Shown piece by piece: positions 21,892-30,542 of a DNA stretch of 64,000 bases (position 1 is its first letter; every line of letters begins with the position of its first letter). A model generated the notes under the pieces. The model did not search any database, was not told where the DNA came from, and saw nothing but the letters and a program-made list of their open reading frames with translations. The position numbers and the translations under genes are program-made. The stretch spans positions 23,171 through 87,170 of the forward strand of contig JBGAQA010000015.1 of NCBI GenBank assembly GCA_044220955.1, read 5' to 3'. This stretch comes from Sandaracinaceae bacterium (GTDB taxonomy: Bacteria > Myxococcota_A > Polyangia > Polyangiales > Sandaracinaceae).

Positions 21892-22785
21892 GTGCAACGA
21901 GCCTGGCTCGCCCTCGCGTCGTCTGCGGCGCTCGCCGCGGGATGCTGTGTCAGCCCGTTCGTGAACACGGACCCGCCGCGCGACGGCGGCGCCCCGGGCA
22001 CCCCCGAGCGCGAGACCCGCGGCACGCTCGAGGAGGACCAGCCCGCCGCGCAGACCCACGCCGCGCGCGCCGTCGGCGCCGGCTTCGACATGCGCCTGGT
22101 GCGCGTGCAGCCGGGCGTGCACCAGGGGACCGAGCAGCTCTGCGACGTGGGCGCCGCCCTGCGCCTCGAGACGATCGACGCGCCGATCGACCCCGCGGAG
22201 CCCTCGCCCTACGACCCCGCCGCGACCCAGCGCATGAGCGTGCGATGCGTCGCACCGACCGGGGAGAGCTGGGCGGACCTCGAGTTCCTGGCGACGCGCG
22301 CGTCGCACGTCGCCGAGGTGGTGCCCGGCGCCCGCATCCGCGTCCAGATCCGCAGCGCCGACGGCGGCTTCTTCGACTACCCGATCGTCGACTTCGTCGA
22401 GACCGTGGGCGCCGCGCCCGAGAGCGCGCTCGAGACGCCGCATGCGGCCACGCCCACCCTGGGCACGGGCTTCGACCTCCGCTCGGTCGCGAGCGACCCG
22501 GCCCTGATCGGCACCACCATCGAGTGCGCCGTCGCCCACGCGAGCGACATCGACGTGCTCGACCCCGCCGACGCGAGGCGCCGCTCGTACCCGGCCGGCG
22601 TGCAGAACCGCATGACGATCCGCTGCCGCCACGCCGCGGGCGAGGAGTGGGCCGATCTCATCTTCATGCCCGCCCAGGCCCTGTCGGCGCTCTACGTGAG
22701 CCGCGGCGACACGATCACGGCCACGGTCGTCTCGCGCAACGGCGGGTTCTTCGACTACCCGGTCCTGCAGTACGCAGGGCCTTGA
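21892..22785 (+). CDS. Lipoprotein with an internally duplicated ~115 aa domain
   Basis: Lipobox LAAGC; two copies of GFD.R...RM..RC....GE.WADL.F...GGFFDYP. Confidence 0.8.
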   Translation: MQRAWLALASSAALAAGCCVSPFVNTDPPRDGGAPGTPERETRGTLEEDQPAAQTHAARAVGAGFDMRLVRVQPGVHQGTEQLCDVGAALRLETIDAPIDPAEPSPYDPAATQRMSVRCVAPTGESWADLEFLATRASHVAEVVPGARIRVQIRSADGGFFDYPIVDFVETVGAAPESALETPHAATPTLGTGFDLRSVASDPALIGTTIECAVAHASDIDVLDPADARRRSYPAGVQNRMTIRCRHAAGEEWADLIFMPAQALSALYVSRGDTITATVVSRNGGFFDYPVLQYAGP

Positions 22786-22809
22786 ACGGTCGCAGCTCCT
22801 CGCGAGGGA

Positions 22810-23835
22810 TCACTCGGCCGGGTGCGCCTCTTCGTGCGCGCCCGTCGTGCCCGGCTCGCTCGTGTGCTCGAGGTGCGTGCCCGGCGCGCCGAGCATGGCG
22901 CGCATCAGGATGGCCTCGCAGAGCCCGGGGAAGTCGTAGCCGGAGCCCGCCGCGATCTGCGGCAAGAGGGACGTCGGCGTCATGCCCGGGATGGTGTTCA
23001 CCTCGAGCACGTACTCGTTCTCGCCCTCGGTCACGAGCACGTCGACGCGGCTCGCGCCGCTGCAGCCGAGCGCCCGGTGCGCGCGCTCCGCGAGGGTGAG
23101 CACGCCCTTGTAGCGGGTCGGCGGCAGACGGGCCGGGAAGTGGAACTCGCTCTGCCCCTTCTGGTACTTCGACTTGTAGTCGAAGAACTGGCCCTTCGGG
23201 ACGATCTCGACGGCACCGAGCGCGCGTCCGTCGAGCACGCCGACCGCGATCTCCTTGGCCGCGACGAAGCGCTCCACGAGGACCGAGCGGTCGTACTGGG
23301 CGGCCTCGTCGCAGCGCTGCCTCAGCTCGGCCATGTCGCTCGCCTTGCCCGCGCCGACGCTCGACCCCGAGCGACGCGGCTTCACGAACACCGGAAACCC
23401 GAAGCTGCCGTGCAGCTCCTCGAGCTTGTCGAGATCCTCCGCGTCGACGCAGTAGTAGGGCGGCGTCGGCACGTTGTAGAGCCGGAACAGCTCCTTGGCC
23501 TTGAGCTTGTCCATCGCCAGCGCGCTCGCGAGCACGTTGGAGCCCGTGTACGGGATGCCCATGATCTCGAGCAGCCCCTGCACGCAGCCGTCCTCGCCGT
23601 AGGTGCCGTGCAGCGCGATGAACGCGACGTCGATCGGCGTCTGGCGCAGCACGCGGTCGATGTCCCGATCGACGTAGACGCGGACGACCTTGTGGCCACG
23701 GCTCTCCAGCGCAGTGGCGATCGCCTCACCCGTCTTGAGCGAGATCTCTCGCTCCGGTCCGATCCCGCCGAGCAGCACACCGACCGTCTTGCCCTCGAGG
23801 GCCTTCGCTGCCTGCATCGACGTCGACTGGGTCAT
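22810..23835 (-). CDS. ddl: D-alanine--D-alanine ligase
   Basis: GGIGPEREISL, LHGTYGEDG, GSSVG, FDYKSKY, LEVNTIPGMT; GGAGG RBS before ATG 23835. Confidence 0.95.
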   Translation of the reverse strand: MTQSTSMQAAKALEGKTVGVLLGGIGPEREISLKTGEAIATALESRGHKVVRVYVDRDIDRVLRQTPIDVAFIALHGTYGEDGCVQGLLEIMGIPYTGSNVLASALAMDKLKAKELFRLYNVPTPPYYCVDAEDLDKLEELHGSFGFPVFVKPRRSGSSVGAGKASDMAELRQRCDEAAQYDRSVLVERFVAAKEIAVGVLDGRALGAVEIVPKGQFFDYKSKYQKGQSEFHFPARLPPTRYKGVLTLAERAHRALGCSGASRVDVLVTEGENEYVLEVNTIPGMTPTSLLPQIAAGSGYDFPGLCEAILMRAMLGAPGTHLEHTSEPGTTGAHEEAHPAE

Positions 23836-23989
23836 GACTTCATCCTCCGATGAGGTAGGGAGCACTCTCGCCCCGGCCTCGCACGGGTCTCTCGCGAGAC
23901 GCGGGCCAGCCCGGGATTCCAGCGCTTGTCCGGCGTTCCTGCTCTCGCTCGTGTCGCGAGCGACACGCGTTCGAGCAGTCCATGACACT

Positions 23990-24018
23990 CGGATACGCGC
24001 GCGCAGAAGCGCGGTCAA
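23990..24018 (-). promoter_or_regulatory. Putative sigma70 promoter of ddl
   Basis: TTGACC-17 bp-TATCCG on the minus strand. Confidence 0.45.
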
Positions 24019-24058
24019 AAAATCGTGTGGTCCGTTCGTTCCGGGGGCGCTGCGTAGC

Positions 24059-25441
24059 TCAGACGCGGGTGCGCTGCCACTCGCCGCGCGCGAAGAGAAG
24101 GCCGAAGAGCGCGGTGCGCGCCACCCAGTCGACCGTCGATCCGATCCACACCCCGGTGAGACCGAGGTCGAGGTGGATCGCGCAGATCCACGTGACGAGC
24201 AGGCGCACGCCGGCGCCGCAGACGAGCGAGACGGCGAACGTGGAGCGCGTCGCGCCCGCGCCGCGCATCGACTCGCCGAGCACCGTCGCGCTCGCCATGA
24301 AGGGCTGTGCGCACGCGGTCACGACGAGCGCCGGCGCGGCCACGGCGGCGACCGACGGATCCGACGAGAACAGGTGCGTCAGCAGCACCGGGGCGCCCGC
24401 GAACAGGATCCCGAACGAGGAGAGCAGCGCGACGGCCATTCGAACGGCGATGCGCGCGGCGCGCGCGGCCTCGGCGAGCGCGCCGCCGCCGAGGCGCTGC
24501 GCCACGACGGCCGCCGCCGCGATGCCGAAGCCGTCGGCCGAGAGGAAGCAGACCGACTCGATGCTCACCATCGTCTGGTTGCCGGCCATCGCCAGCGGGC
24601 CGAGCGAGGAGATCATCCACACGTAGCCGGTGAACCCGGCGTGGATCGCGACGCGCTCGAGGACGACGGGCGCCGAGACGCGCGCCATCCGCGCGAGCGC
24701 CGCGAGCTCGCCTCCGCGGCCGCGAAGGCTGATCGCGCCGGTCTCGCGCACGAGCGAGCCGACGAGGACGAGCGCCTCGAGCCCGACCGAGACGACGCTC
24801 GCGATGCCGGCGCCGCGCGCCCCGAGCGAAGGGACGCCGAGGTAGCCGAACACGAGCACGGCGCCGAGCCCCAGGTGCAGGACGTTGATGAAGGCCGTCA
24901 CGACCAGCGGCGTGCGAGTGTCACCGGCCGCCTGGTGCACGGACGCCGCCATGCTCGCGACCAGGAAGAGCGGGAGCGCCGGCAGCGTCGCACCGAGATA
25001 ACCGCGCGCGGCGTCGAGCACGTCGGGGCCGGCGTGGCCGAAGAGCGCGAGCACGGGCGCGAGGCTGGCCGCGGCGAGCACGGCGCCGACCACCCCGAGG
25101 ACGAGCGCCGCGAGCAGCGCGCCCCGCGCCGCCGACGACGGGGTGCTCTCGCGCTCGCTCTCGCTCTCGCTCTCGCGCTCGCTCGCCGTCCGCCGCGCGC
25201 GCCCGACCTCCCTGCCGACGACGGCGATCGCACCGATCTGCAGCGCGCCCATGACGCCGGTGAGCATCCACATGTAGGGCCCGCTGATCTGCATCGAGGC
25301 GAGCGACGCCGAGCCGTGGTGCCCGAGCATCGCGCGGTCGACGAGGAACACCAGCGTCTGCAAGAGCGACTGCGCGATCGCCGGCCAGGCGATCCGGGCG
25401 ACCTCGCGCGCCAGCGCTCGCTCGGAGTCCGCGCTCGTCAG
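24059..25441 (-). CDS. MATE family efflux transporter
   Basis: IAWPAIAQSLLQTLVFLVDRAMLG, GDTRTPL, LGARGAGIAS, MRGAGAT, LGLTGVW. Start codon uncertain (CTG 25441 proposed). Confidence 0.88.
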   Translation of the reverse strand: MTSADSERALAREVARIAWPAIAQSLLQTLVFLVDRAMLGHHGSASLASMQISGPYMWMLTGVMGALQIGAIAVVGREVGRARRTASERESESESERESTPSSAARGALLAALVLGVVGAVLAAASLAPVLALFGHAGPDVLDAARGYLGATLPALPLFLVASMAASVHQAAGDTRTPLVVTAFINVLHLGLGAVLVFGYLGVPSLGARGAGIASVVSVGLEALVLVGSLVRETGAISLRGRGGELAALARMARVSAPVVLERVAIHAGFTGYVWMISSLGPLAMAGNQTMVSIESVCFLSADGFGIAAAAVVAQRLGGGALAEAARAARIAVRMAVALLSSFGILFAGAPVLLTHLFSSDPSVAAVAAPALVVTACAQPFMASATVLGESMRGAGATRSTFAVSLVCGAGVRLLVTWICAIHLDLGLTGVWIGSTVDWVARTALFGLLFARGEWQRTRV

Positions 25442-26325
25442 GTCCGCTGGACCTTCTGCTTCGGCCGCGTCGCGTAGTTCAGCTCGGTGAGCACCTCGCG
25501 CGCCATTGCCTGCATGTCGGCGCTCGACCCCTTCGCCATGAACGCCGCGAGGTGGTTCGGGTCGACCATCGCGAGGGCGATCATCGCCTTGCGCGCGAGA
25601 CCGCGGTTCTTGGTACCGAAGAACGTGTACACCTGCGCGCGGTAGAGCATCGGAGCGAGCTCGCCGATCTCCGGATCGTCCGCGCGGTACGACTCCACGA
25701 TCTTCTTGGCCTCGGGCGCGCTCCCGGTCCGGGCGAGCGTCTCGGCGGAGACCGCCGCGTACATCGCCTTCACCTTCGCGTTCGGCCCGCGGTCGAGCTT
25801 CAGCTTGTCGACGAGCGGACGCGCGTCCTTGGCTCGGTTGTGCACGAGGTAGAGGTACGCGAGGTTGCTGCGCACCTCGTCCTCGGCCATCGCCCCCGCC
25901 TTGCCGAGGTCGATCCCCTCGAGGATCTCCATCGCCTGCTTCGGATCGTCGCGCGCGACGAGCTGGGCACGCGCGAGCGCGGCGAGCGCGTCGTCGCCCT
26001 TGCCCTCCGCGAGCTTCTCGATCGCGGCCTTGCGGCTCGCGTCGTCGGTCGCGGACTTGAGGATCTCGACCACGCGCCGCGAGCGCTGCGTGAGCGTGTA
26101 CAGGTACACACCGAAGCCGGCGGCGAGCGCCGTCAGCACGCCGACCGCGCCGACGCCCCAGTAGCCGACGTAGGGGACGAGCAGGAACGCGAACACCCAG
26201 AGCGCGACCAGCGCGGCGCCGATCTGCAGGACGATGTTCCACTTGACGCCCGGCGTCTCGATGTCGGCGAGCTGCTTCTGCCCGGCCTCGGCCGTGGGCG
26301 CCTTGAGCTTCTTCGGCTTGGCCAC
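25438..26325 (-). CDS. Membrane protein with two TM helices and a TPR-like helical domain
   Basis: GTG 26325 with a GAGGA RBS; two hydrophobic segments followed by helical repeats. Confidence 0.75.
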   Translation of the reverse strand: MAKPKKLKAPTAEAGQKQLADIETPGVKWNIVLQIGAALVALWVFAFLLVPYVGYWGVGAVGVLTALAAGFGVYLYTLTQRSRRVVEILKSATDDASRKAAIEKLAEGKGDDALAALARAQLVARDDPKQAMEILEGIDLGKAGAMAEDEVRSNLAYLYLVHNRAKDARPLVDKLKLDRGPNAKVKAMYAAVSAETLARTGSAPEAKKIVESYRADDPEIGELAPMLYRAQVYTFFGTKNRGLARKAMIALAMVDPNHLAAFMAKGSSADMQAMAREVLTELNYATRPKQKVQRT

Positions 26326-26403
26326 GTTCTTGTCCTCGGGGTGTAGGGCGCCGGGCTTACCCGGCGGGGGCCTGACGAGCAACGTGCTACACCTGCCCCA
26401 CTC

Positions 26404-27033
26404 GTGGGCGACCGTCTCGACTCACTGCGGAGCCTCGTTCGACGCGCCGGCGAGCGCGCCAAGGATCGCGTGCGTGATCAGCCGATCGTGGCGGCGCTCC
26501 GTCAGCTCCGGGGAGAGCTCGGAGCCCGTCGGATCGCCCTGCCCGAGCGCGAGCTGAACCGCGCGGCGCTCGGGCTGCCCGGCCTGCGCTCTGCGAGCGT
26601 TCGCGCGGACGAGGGTGCGCTGCGGGTCGATCTCGAGGGGGACGACGGCCGCACGATCCGCGCGCGGCTCGTACCGGCCGCGCCGCGCTTCGCGCCGCAT
26701 GGCGCCAAGGAGCTGGTGTTCCTGGTGGTGCCGGAAGAGGCCGCCGGGGAGCCGCTCGTGCGCGCGTTCGTCGCCGCGATCGGCGCGCTCGTCGCCCGCG
26801 CTCTCTGGGGCGCGATGGCCCCGCAGCTGGCCAGCGAGCGCGACACCTCGTCGGCCGTCACCGATCGCGACGGGGACGAGCTGCGCATCGATCTGCGGAA
26901 CACGCCGCTGGTGCGTGCGATCGCGCAGACGCCGGCGGGGGGGACGCTCCTCGACGCCCTCTCCCTCGAAGCGCTCGAGGCGACCGACGGTCACCTCACC
27001 GCCCGTGTCTCCATGGGGCTGTTCGCGCGATGA
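26404..27033 (+). CDS. Hypothetical protein
   Basis: Protein-like 209 aa ORF; ATGA-coupled to the next gene. Confidence 0.7.
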   Translation: MGDRLDSLRSLVRRAGERAKDRVRDQPIVAALRQLRGELGARRIALPERELNRAALGLPGLRSASVRADEGALRVDLEGDDGRTIRARLVPAAPRFAPHGAKELVFLVVPEEAAGEPLVRAFVAAIGALVARALWGAMAPQLASERDTSSAVTDRDGDELRIDLRNTPLVRAIAQTPAGGTLLDALSLEALEATDGHLTARVSMGLFAR

Positions 27034-27551
27034 GCCGGGCGGCACGCCGCGCGCTGCTCGCGCTCGTCCTCGCGTCGTGCGCGACGGCCCCGCCGGAGCC
27101 GCCCGAGTTCGTCGGCGTCTCGCGCTGGATCTCGTTCGACCGGGGTATCGACCCCGCCCACCCCGACGACCCGACCGGTCACTCGACCGTGTACGTCGAT
27201 CGGCTTCCGCCGCACGGCGCCACCGAGTTCCCCGTCGGAACGCACATCTTGCGTGTCATCGGCACGGGGGACGACCCGGCGCTCTGGGAGGCCCACGGCA
27301 TGGTGAAGGTCGGTGGGGACTTCAACGCGGGCGGCGCCGTGGGCTGGGAGTTCTACGGCCTCGACCTCACGCGCGACGCGGTGGGTGAGCTCGTGACGAG
27401 CACCCGCTGGCACGGGGTCGGCCCGCCCGACGGCGACGGCTATGCGCAGCCGGGCGACGCGGGGCCCGTCCTCGGCTGCAACCATTGCCACGGCGCCGCC
27501 ACGTGGAACGACTCCGTGATAGGCCAGGAGCTGCAGCTCGTGGACTTCTGA
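27030..27551 (+). CDS. Monoheme c-type cytochrome lipoprotein, cytochrome P460 / c'-beta-like fold
   Basis: Lipobox LASC; FPVGT.I, MVK...GWEF and C-terminal CNHCH...DSVI. Confidence 0.7.
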   Translation: MSRAARRALLALVLASCATAPPEPPEFVGVSRWISFDRGIDPAHPDDPTGHSTVYVDRLPPHGATEFPVGTHILRVIGTGDDPALWEAHGMVKVGGDFNAGGAVGWEFYGLDLTRDAVGELVTSTRWHGVGPPDGDGYAQPGDAGPVLGCNHCHGAATWNDSVIGQELQLVDF

Positions 27552-27573
27552 CACCCTTGCTCCGAGGATCGCC

Positions 27574-29040
27574 ATGCTGGACCGCTTCGCTCGCTCCTCC
27601 CTCGTCGCGCTCGCCCTCGCGGCCTGCACGCAGACCCCAGCCCCGGCGGGCGATGCCGCGACGTTCGACGCCGGCACGCCGGACGACACGGGCGGCGCGA
27701 GCGACACGGGCGGGCCGCGCCCCGACGCGGGCCGCGACGCATACGTCGTGATCCCGCGCGACGTCGGCACCTTCACGCGCATCGACGAGGCCACCGCGTC
27801 GGCCGGTCGGACCGGGTGCGCCTACGATCGAGGCGCGTGGCCCTGGGAGACGCTCGGCACGGGCGTCCCGATCGGCGACGAGATCCCGATCCACCACTTC
27901 ATCCTCCTGATGCAGGAGAACCGAAGCTTCGACGAGTACTTCGGGACGATGCCCGGCGTGGACGGCATCCCCGCGGGCACCACGAACCCGGACGGCGCCG
28001 GCGGCACCGTGGCGAGCTTCCACGCGACCGAGTACTGCACCGTCGACACCAACCACGAGTGGAACGGCTCGCACCTCGAGTACCACGACGGCGCGAACGA
28101 CGGCTTCGTCACGGAGAACAACCCCGACGGGCGGCGCGCCATGGGCTACCTCGACCAGACCGACCTGCCCTTCTACTGGGATCTCGCGCAGAGCTTCGCG
28201 ATCAGCGACCACCACCACTGCTCGGTGCTCGGGCCGACGTGGGTGAACCGCGAGTTCTACCTCGCGGCATCCTCGTTCGGGATGATCACCAACGACGCCG
28301 TGCCGACGAGCGCGTTCCCCGGGGACGGCCAGGACCGCACCATCTTTCAAGCGCTCAGCTCGGCGGGCGTGAGCTGGCACATCTACTACGAGAGCGTTCC
28401 CTTCGTCTGGGGCCCGTGGTCGGGGTGGGCCACGCAGCCCGCGCAGCGCGCGCACCAGGGCACGTTCGCGTCGTTCTACGCGGATCTGGCGTCGGGCGAT
28501 CTCGACAGCGTCGTCTGGATCGATCCGCGCTGGACGACGACCGGCACGACCAACGACGACGAGCACCCGCCCGCCAACCCGCAGAACGGCCAGGCCTTCA
28601 TCCGCGACCTGATCACCCACGTGATGGACAGCCCCCTCTGGAACGACACGGCCATCATCCTCACCTACGACGAGCACGGCGGCTTCTACGACCACGTCCC
28701 GCCGGGCCCCGCGTGCCCTCCGGGCGACGGCTTCGATCCGCGGCTCGGCCCGGCGGACTACCACGCCGACTTCGACCGCTACGGCTTCCGCGTGCCGCTG
28801 ATCGTGATCAGCCCGTACGCTCGCACCGGCTACGTGTCGGACCACGTCACCGACCACACCAGCATCCTGCGCCTGCTCGAGGCGCGCTTCCTGATGCCCG
28901 CGCTCACCGCGCGCGATGCGAACGCGTGGCCGATGACGGACATGTTCGACTTCAGCACGACGAACACGGTGCGCTCGAGCGACCTCGCGGCGGCGCCGAT
29001 CGACGCCGCGCACACCGCAGCCTGCGCCGCCGCTTTCTAG
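27574..29040 (+). CDS. Phosphoesterase / phospholipase C (AcpA-PlcN family) lipoprotein
   Basis: LMQENRSFDEYFG, GPTWVNR, DEHP, TYDEHGGFYDHV, YGFRVP, DHTSIL. Confidence 0.92.
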   Translation: MLDRFARSSLVALALAACTQTPAPAGDAATFDAGTPDDTGGASDTGGPRPDAGRDAYVVIPRDVGTFTRIDEATASAGRTGCAYDRGAWPWETLGTGVPIGDEIPIHHFILLMQENRSFDEYFGTMPGVDGIPAGTTNPDGAGGTVASFHATEYCTVDTNHEWNGSHLEYHDGANDGFVTENNPDGRRAMGYLDQTDLPFYWDLAQSFAISDHHHCSVLGPTWVNREFYLAASSFGMITNDAVPTSAFPGDGQDRTIFQALSSAGVSWHIYYESVPFVWGPWSGWATQPAQRAHQGTFASFYADLASGDLDSVVWIDPRWTTTGTTNDDEHPPANPQNGQAFIRDLITHVMDSPLWNDTAIILTYDEHGGFYDHVPPGPACPPGDGFDPRLGPADYHADFDRYGFRVPLIVISPYARTGYVSDHVTDHTSILRLLEARFLMPALTARDANAWPMTDMFDFSTTNTVRSSDLAAAPIDAAHTAACAAAF

Positions 29041-29088
29041 GCGAGATCTCGCTGGATCCCTCTTCCGCGTCGTGGGAGAGCGCCGAAG

Positions 29089-29637
29089 CTAGGGTGAGGG
29101 TGCCGGCGCGGACGTCGTGGTGATGCCGCCGCGCGCGCGCGCGCGGTCGCGCATCGCGAAGAGATCCTGCTCCGTCAGGTACCCGGTCCGCCGATCGACC
29201 ACGATGCCGTGCGCGTCGATCATGTAGAACGTCGGTACACCCGGCAGCTCCCCCAGCTGGCTGGTGCCGGCGGTGATCGAGGCCTGCGCGTCGTAGACGA
29301 CCGTGTACGGGGGATCGAGCGCGTCGGCGTAGATCGGCGCGAAGCTCGGTGCGTCGCGCTCGGCGACCACGCCCAGCACGACGGTGTCGTTCGCCTCGCG
29401 CGTGAAGCGCGACACGGGCCGCACCTCGGCCTGCGAGAGCCCGTCGTAGGTGGCCAGGACGAAGAGGAGCACGAGCCCGCCGCGCTGATCGGAGAGCTCG
29501 ACGATGCGCCCCTCGGTCGTCGTCAACTGCAGCTCGATCGGCTGGTCCGCCGAGGGCCCGGTCGGCCCGCCCACGGTGGCCGCGCCGCCGCCGCAGCCGG
29601 CGACCCACAGAGCGAGAACGAGCGACCTCCACGCCAT
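29089..29637 (-). CDS. TlpA/redoxin-fold lipoprotein lacking CxxC
   Basis: Lipobox VAGC; LSDQRG.LVLLFVLATYDGLSQAE; VPTFYMIDAHG. Confidence 0.75.
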   Translation of the reverse strand: MAWRSLVLALWVAGCGGGAATVGGPTGPSADQPIELQLTTTEGRIVELSDQRGGLVLLFVLATYDGLSQAEVRPVSRFTREANDTVVLGVVAERDAPSFAPIYADALDPPYTVVYDAQASITAGTSQLGELPGVPTFYMIDAHGIVVDRRTGYLTEQDLFAMRDRARARGGITTTSAPAPSP

Positions 29638-29684
29638 CGAGGGCCAGCTTACGACGCGCGCGAGAGAGGGCTACATTCCGCGCG

Positions 29685-30542
29685 ATGCCAGCTCGCCGTG
29701 CGCTCCCGATCGCGGACGAGGCGCTGCGCACGCACCTCGACGCGCTCGCCCGCAGCACCGACGCGCGTGCGCGGCTCGACGCCGACCCGCTGGGGCTGGT
29801 GCGCGCGCTCGCGCCCGCCGACCGGGAGGTCGGAGGGCTCGTCGCGGCGACGCTGGCGTTCGGCAACGTCGTGGCCATCCGGCGGAGCATCGGGCGCGTG
29901 CTCGACGCGCTCGACGGGGAGCCGGCGCGCGCGGCCGACACCCTCGGGCAGGCCGCGATCGAGCGGCGCCTCCGAGGGTTCGTGCACCGCGTGTACCGCG
30001 GCGAGCACGTGGCGCGGATGCTCGCGCGCGCGGGCGCGATGCGGCGCGAGCACGGGACGCTCGGCGACGCGCTCGCGGCCCGGATGGAGACGCCGACCAC
30101 CGGGGGGCTGGTGAGCGCGCTCGCAGGCTGGGCGGCGGCGCTCCGCGGCCCTCGCCCCCCGCGCGGCCTCGCGCACCTCGTGCCCGATCCGGCCAAGGGG
30201 TCGGCGAGCAAGCGGCTCTTGCTCTACCTGCGCTGGATGGTCCGCCCCGACGACGGCGTCGATCTCGGCCTCTGGTCCATCTCCCCGAGCCTGCTCGTCA
30301 TCCCGCTGGACACCCACGTCCACCGCATCGCGCGAAACCTCGGGCTCACGCGGCGCACGGACGCTTCGCTGCGAACCGCGCTCGAGATCACCGACGCGCT
30401 CCGGCGCCTCGATCCGCAGGACCCGGTCCGCTACGACTTCGCGCTCTGCCACCTCGGGGTCTCGCGCGAGTGTCCGAGCCGCCGCGTCGAGGCCAAGTGC
30501 GAGCGCTGCGTCGTCCGCGGCGTCTGCACGCAGTGGCGCTGA
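29685..30542 (+). CDS. TIGR02757 (DUF2400) family protein
   Basis: DREV.GL..A.LAFG, SASKRLLLYLRWMVR, IPLDTHV, DPVRYDFAL; C-terminal Cys cluster. Confidence 0.88.
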   Translation: MPARRALPIADEALRTHLDALARSTDARARLDADPLGLVRALAPADREVGGLVAATLAFGNVVAIRRSIGRVLDALDGEPARAADTLGQAAIERRLRGFVHRVYRGEHVARMLARAGAMRREHGTLGDALAARMETPTTGGLVSALAGWAAALRGPRPPRGLAHLVPDPAKGSASKRLLLYLRWMVRPDDGVDLGLWSISPSLLVIPLDTHVHRIARNLGLTRRTDASLRTALEITDALRRLDPQDPVRYDFALCHLGVSRECPSRRVEAKCERCVVRGVCTQWR

